From NCBI GenBank assembly GCA_046290495.1, contig JBKAGT010000005.1:80039-144038 (forward strand): 64,000 nt of DNA. Reading direction: 5' to 3'. The stretch is from Chlorobiota bacterium. GTDB taxonomy: Bacteria; Bacteroidota; Ignavibacteria; Kapaibacteriales; UBA2268. The notes beneath the pieces were generated by a model, which had not been told where the DNA came from, made no database searches, and was given only the letters and a program-made list of their open reading frames with translations. Made by a program: the position numbers and the translations under genes. Shown here in pieces: positions 60,081 through 64,000 of the stretch (position 1 is the stretch's first letter; each line of letters opens with the position of its first letter).

Positions 60081-60084
60081 TTAA

Positions 60085-61635
60085 TTAAATTCGTTTTTTG
60101 AAAGATTCAATAAACTTATCTAAATGACTATTTAATTCATTCTTCAAATCGTCAGAAAGTGCTTTTTCTTTTCTAATTGAGAAAAGTAAATCACTATGCT
60201 GAGTTTCTAATAATTCAAGGAATTCTGTTTCAAATTCTTTCAAGTTCTCTAATGGTAAATCATCTAACTTACCAGTAGTAGCAGAATAAATAAGAACTAC
60301 TTGTTTATCGATAGGAAGTGGATTATACTGACCTTGTTTCATAATTTCAGTTAATACAGCACCTCTTCTCAATTGTTGTTGAGTTGATTTATCCAAATCA
60401 GAACCGAATTTAGCAAATGCTTCTAGTGCTCTAAATTGAGCCAATTCTAGCTTCAAAGGACCAGCTACTTTCTTCATTGCCTTAATCTGAGCAGCACCAC
60501 CCACACGCGATACAGAGATACCAATATTCAATGCAGGTCTCACACCAGCGTTAAATAAGTTTGGCTCTAAGTAAATTTGACCATCTGTAATGGAAATTAC
60601 GTTTGTAGGGATGTATGCAGATACGTCACCAGCTTGTGTTTCAATTACTGGAAGTGCAGTCATTGAACCGCCTCCTTCTTCGTCAGAAAGTTTTGCAGCT
60701 CTCTCTAATAATCTTGAGTGTAAGTAGAATACATCACCAGGATAAGCCTCACGTCCTGGAGGTCTTCTTAATAGCAACGATACTTGTCTGTATGCAGCAG
60801 CTTGTTTTGATAAATCATCATAGATAATTAATGAGTGTTTACCATTATCTCTGAAAAACTCACCCATAGAAGCACCACAATATGGAGCAATAAACTGTAA
60901 AGGTGCAGGATCAGATGCGTTCGCAGTAACGATTATAGTGTAATCCATAGCTCCATTCTTTTCGAGAATGTTAACTACGTTTGCTACTGTTGAACCTTTT
61001 TGACCAATTGCTACATAGATACAGTAAACGGGATCAATTCCTAATTCTTTTGCTTCTTCCGTATGTGTATACTTTTGATTAATTATAGTGTCAATAGCAA
61101 CTGCTGTTTTACCAGTTTGTCTATCACCAATGATTAACTCACGCTGACCTCTACCAATTGGGATCAATGCATCAATTGGCTTGATACCTGTTTGTAATGG
61201 TTCAGTTACTGGTTGTCTTTTCATCACACCAGGAGCTTTTCTTTCAATTGGGAATTGCTGAGAAGTTTTAATTTCTCCTTTTCCATCAATTGCAACACCT
61301 AGCGGATTTACTACTCTACCAAGTAGCTCATTCCCAACAGGAACAGAAGCAATCTGCTTAGTTCTCTTTACAGTATCACCTTCTTTTACTAGTCTGTCAT
61401 CACCAAATAGTACAACACCGACATTGTCTTCCTCTAAGTTAAGTACCATCCCCATAACGCCGTTAGGAAATTCTACGAGCTCAGATGCCATAACATGATT
61501 AAGACCATAAACTCTCGCTACACCATCACCAACTTGCAATACTGTACCAGTTTCATATAAGTCTGCTTCATTTTCGAACCCTGATAACTGCTTTCTTAAT
61601 ATTGCAGATATCTCTTCTGGTTTCACATTTGCCAT
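60085..61635 (-). CDS. atpA: ATP synthase F1 alpha subunit
   Basis: [18 protein letters not shown] and [24 protein letters not shown]. Confidence 0.99.
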   Translation of the reverse strand: MANVKPEEISAILRKQLSGFENEADLYETGTVLQVGDGVARVYGLNHVMASELVEFPNGVMGMVLNLEEDNVGVVLFGDDRLVKEGDTVKRTKQIASVPVGNELLGRVVNPLGVAIDGKGEIKTSQQFPIERKAPGVMKRQPVTEPLQTGIKPIDALIPIGRGQRELIIGDRQTGKTAVAIDTIINQKYTHTEEAKELGIDPVYCIYVAIGQKGSTVANVVNILEKNGAMDYTIIVTANASDPAPLQFIAPYCGASMGEFFRDNGKHSLIIYDDLSKQAAAYRQVSLLLRRPPGREAYPGDVFYLHSRLLERAAKLSDEEGGGSMTALPVIETQAGDVSAYIPTNVISITDGQIYLEPNLFNAGVRPALNIGISVSRVGGAAQIKAMKKVAGPLKLELAQFRALEAFAKFGSDLDKSTQQQLRRGAVLTEIMKQGQYNPLPIDKQVVLIYSATTGKLDDLPLENLKEFETEFLELLETQHSDLLFSIRKEKALSDDLKNELNSHLDKFIESFKKRI

Positions 61636-61669
61636 TATTTAACCTTATAATTAAATTTAAAATTCTATT

Positions 61670-62206
61670 TTAGCCAGCTAAAGTTTTTCTTAGCTTTTCT
61701 AGTTGGTTTTTGATTGTAGCATCGAAAACCCAACCTTTGATATTAACTTTTAATCCACCTTTTAAGTCTGGATTAACTTTATATTCTGCTTGTATAGTTG
61801 ATTTTGTCCAACTTGCTAACATCTCAACTAATTGATTTTTTGCATCTTCATCGAGTTCTATTGCCGTTTCAATTAAAACAGGGTCTATGTTGTTTCTAGA
61901 GTTATAAACCAATTCATATTCATTAGCAATACTATCTACTAAATATGTTCTTGATTTATCAGTAAGCAATTTTAGAAAACTTACCATAATATCATTCAAA
62001 CTATCATCAAATACTTCTTTTAGTATAGCTAGCTTTTTATCGCCAGCAACAACAGGACTTTCGATTAAATTATATAGTTCTCTCGAATCTTTTATTGTTT
62101 TTAAAATAAGTTTAAAATCATTAAGTATAGCTTCTACGTGCTGCTTTTCTTCAGCCATAGAATATATTGCTTTAGCATATCTCGATGATATAATTTTTTC
62201 ATTCAT
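61670..62206 (-). CDS. atpH: ATP synthase F1 delta subunit
   Basis: SRYAKA, FLKLL and GG...DATI; position between atpF and atpA. Confidence 0.93.
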   Translation of the reverse strand: MNEKIISSRYAKAIYSMAEEKQHVEAILNDFKLILKTIKDSRELYNLIESPVVAGDKKLAILKEVFDDSLNDIMVSFLKLLTDKSRTYLVDSIANEYELVYNSRNNIDPVLIETAIELDEDAKNQLVEMLASWTKSTIQAEYKVNPDLKGGLKVNIKGWVFDATIKNQLEKLRKTLAG

Positions 62207-62219
62207 TCTGAATAACCTA

Positions 62220-62714
62220 TTAGTTTTTAGGTAATTTTTCTATTTGCTCTTTGGCAAACTTTAAGTGCTCTTCTTTGTCAAGCTTCGATTCTAAAATCTT
62301 TTCTGTAGCACTAACAACTAGGTCTGCTACTTCACTTCTTAATTCAGAAATTGCATCATTCTTTTTTCTTTCAATTTCTTTATTAGCATCTTCTAGTATC
62401 TGAGTTTTACTTTTCTCTGCTTCATCTATAGCTTTCTGAATATTCTCATCTGCTTTAGATTTTGCAGTAAATAAAATCTCTGAAACTTCTTTCTGAGCAT
62501 TATCAAGCTTTTCTTGACTCTCTTGCAAAAGTTTTTGTGCTTTTTCATTCAGAACATTAGCTTCATCTATTGCATTTTTTATGTTTTCTTCTCTCTGATT
62601 CAATGATTTTTTCATTGCAGGAAAAGCAAATTTAGAAAGTATAAATAGTAGAATACTAAAGTTTATTATTGACCAGATTATCAGACCTGGGTTGACACTC
62701 ATTATGTCTTGCAT
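62220..62714 (-). CDS. atpF: ATP synthase F0 subunit b
   Basis: PGLIIWSIINF TM helix, R..NI, coiled coil. Confidence 0.95.
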   Translation of the reverse strand: MQDIMSVNPGLIIWSIINFSILLFILSKFAFPAMKKSLNQREENIKNAIDEANVLNEKAQKLLQESQEKLDNAQKEVSEILFTAKSKADENIQKAIDEAEKSKTQILEDANKEIERKKNDAISELRSEVADLVVSATEKILESKLDKEEHLKFAKEQIEKLPKN

Positions 62715-62747
62715 TTAAATACCTATTTAATTTTTATTTCAATTTCG

Positions 62748-62781
62748 AAAAAATGGAACTCCCCAAAGTAGGGGAGTTCCA
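62748..62781 (-). terminator. Intra-operon terminator-like hairpin after atpE
   Basis: Minus strand TGGAACTCCCC-TACTTT-GGGGAGTTCCA followed by TTTTTT. Confidence 0.8.
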
Positions 62782-62787
62782 AAATTA

Positions 62788-63009
62788 TTATGCAATTGCC
62801 ATCAACAAACAAATAACCAATGCAAAGAATGCCACACCCTCAATAAGTGCCGCTGCAATGATCATTGTAGTTCTAAGATCGCCAGCTGCTTCTGGTTGGC
62901 GTCCAGCTGCTTCTAGTGCAGATGCTGCTAAACGTCCGATACCTAAGCCTGCACCAAGTACAGAAATTCCTGCACCTAATCCTGCGCCAAATAATCCTAA
63001 TGCTTCCAT
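62788..63009 (-). CDS. atpE: ATP synthase F0 subunit c (H+-type)
   Basis: GAGLGIG, RQPE loop, LIEG carboxylate; no Na+-binding Q...ES/T...Y set. Confidence 0.97.
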   Translation of the reverse strand: MEALGLFGAGLGAGISVLGAGLGIGRLAASALEAAGRQPEAAGDLRTTMIIAAALIEGVAFFALVICLLMAIA

Positions 63010-63070
63010 TTAATGACCTCTAATATATATTTGAATGAAAAATAAAAAATTATGTTCTTAAATAAAATGA

Positions 63071-64000
63071 TTAATGAGCGTGTTCTTCATCGTGGCTGTG
63101 CTCACCTACAGCTAAGCCAACAAATATGGCAGTTAGCATAGTAAAAATATAAGCCTGAAGAAAAGCTACTAATAATTCAAGTAAATTTATAAATGTTGCA
63201 AAACCTACAATAGGCACTGCTAAAAATATTTCTTGGAATAAGAATAGTAAACCTATCAATGAGAACAAAACTGTATGCCCTGCTACCATATTCGCAAACA
63301 AACGAATTGTAAGTGAAAATGGCTTAATAAACATTGAAGCAATCTCGATAGGTACCATTAGTGGAGCTAACCATACAGGTGCACCTCCTAATAAGTGATG
63401 TAACCATGCTTTAATTCCAGACTCTCTTATTGCCGTATAGTTAATAACAATGAATGCTGTTATTGCTAAAGCTGCTGTAACACCTACAGTCGCAGTAGCT
63501 GTGTGACCTCCAGGCAATAATCCCAGTAAATTCATTACTAGAATAAAAAGGAATAAAACGAAGAAATATGGTAATAGTCTATCTGCAGCTTTACCGGCAA
63601 TATTAGGACTGACTACGTCATCTCTTATGAATACGATTATTGACTCAATTACATTATGAATTCCTTTGGGAGCAGAATTGTTAGATTTTTTTGCTTTCTT
63701 TGATACTGTAAACATTACGATTGCCAATATTATCATTGATATCCATTGGAATGCAACCATATTTGTTACAGATAAATTTAAATCTGGAGCTTCATGAGTA
63801 TTAGCATTTACTATATGATGATGTTCTGTTATATAATCGCCAGAATCTTCCATGCTTTGTCTATTTCCATAAAAATGAAATTGTCCTTCATCATAAAGGA
63901 TAACAGGTAAAATGTCTGCGTGGATTGGGCCCCAACTAAAAACATCATGGTCACCCATGTCATTTAGAATTTCTGTAACAGCGTTAGATTCTTTTTGATT
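63071..64000 (-). CDS. atpB: ATP synthase F0 subunit a, 5' end beyond the window
   Basis: NLLGLLP, IKPFSLTIRLFANMVAGH and ELLVAFLQAYIF. The frame stays open from 63958 to the window end. Confidence 0.96.
   Translation of the reverse strand, partial: NQKESNAVTEILNDMGDHDVFSWGPIHADILPVILYDEGQFHFYGNRQSMEDSGDYITEHHHIVNANTHEAPDLNLSVTNMVAFQWISMIILAIVMFTVSKKAKKSNNSAPKGIHNVIESIIVFIRDDVVSPNIAGKAADRLLPYFFVLFLFILVMNLLGLLPGGHTATATVGVTAALAITAFIVINYTAIRESGIKAWLHHLLGGAPVWLAPLMVPIEIASMFIKPFSLTIRLFANMVAGHTVLFSLIGLLFLFQEIFLAVPIVGFATFINLLELLVAFLQAYIFTMLTAIFVGLAVGEHSHDEEHAH

Noticed and set aside
1690-60827. Numerous short antisense or out-of-frame ORFs in the track (e.g. 4490-4897, 8419-8772, 9108-9428, 34724-35104, 39671-40168)
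   Set aside because: They lie within or largely overlap well-supported genes and show the S/F/L/I-rich composition expected of reverse-strand shadows.
62788-63009. Possible Na+-translocating ATP synthase
   Set aside because: Subunit c has LIEGV and lacks the Q...E-S/T...Y sodium ligands.
62753-63013. Plus-strand 86-aa ORF over atpE
   Set aside because: Antisense shadow of atpE with no recognisable features.
1-64000. CRISPR array, tRNA/rRNA, IS/transposase, integrase, prophage
   Set aside because: All intergenic gaps are under about 200 bp, none shows a repeat-spacer pattern or cloverleaf, and no ORF has recombinase, transposase or phage structural motifs.

Overview
An AT-rich, very gene-dense bacterial chromosomal segment. 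The lineage looks FCB/Bacteroidota-superphylum, most plausibly Kapabacteria/Ignavibacteria-like; this is inferred from T9SS-type C-termini, TAnnTTTG promoter elements, Gln after signal peptides and the split atp operon. It is mostly housekeeping: nth, rsmG, nadD, nuoF, valS, phoH, xseAB, ispF, purD, recA-recX, ahcY and atpBEFHA-G. It also carries dispersed acyl-CoA genes (acuI, hbd, icmF, fadF, two acyl-CoA dehydrogenases) and many secreted or lipoprotein hydrolases. I saw no rRNA, tRNA, CRISPR, integrase or transposase. The most notable observations are: (1) an ADP-heptose epimerase (hldD/rfaD) sits inside the ATP synthase operon between atpA and atpG with 4-bp spacers; (2) a two-gene unit of a coiled-coil lipoprotein and a coiled-coil LysM protein sharing LxDCND and WPxxW motifs, a candidate outer-membrane/peptidoglycan tether; (3) an AT-rich three-gene islet containing a Zn-ribbon/HEPN-like (DUF4145) gene; (4) an AbiC-like membrane protein apparently co-transcribed with an HDOD protein and a secreted beta-propeller; (5) an orphan nuoF, an orphan ankyrin lipoprotein and an archaeal-type short AhcY. 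All family calls come from motif recognition by eye, not from database searches.
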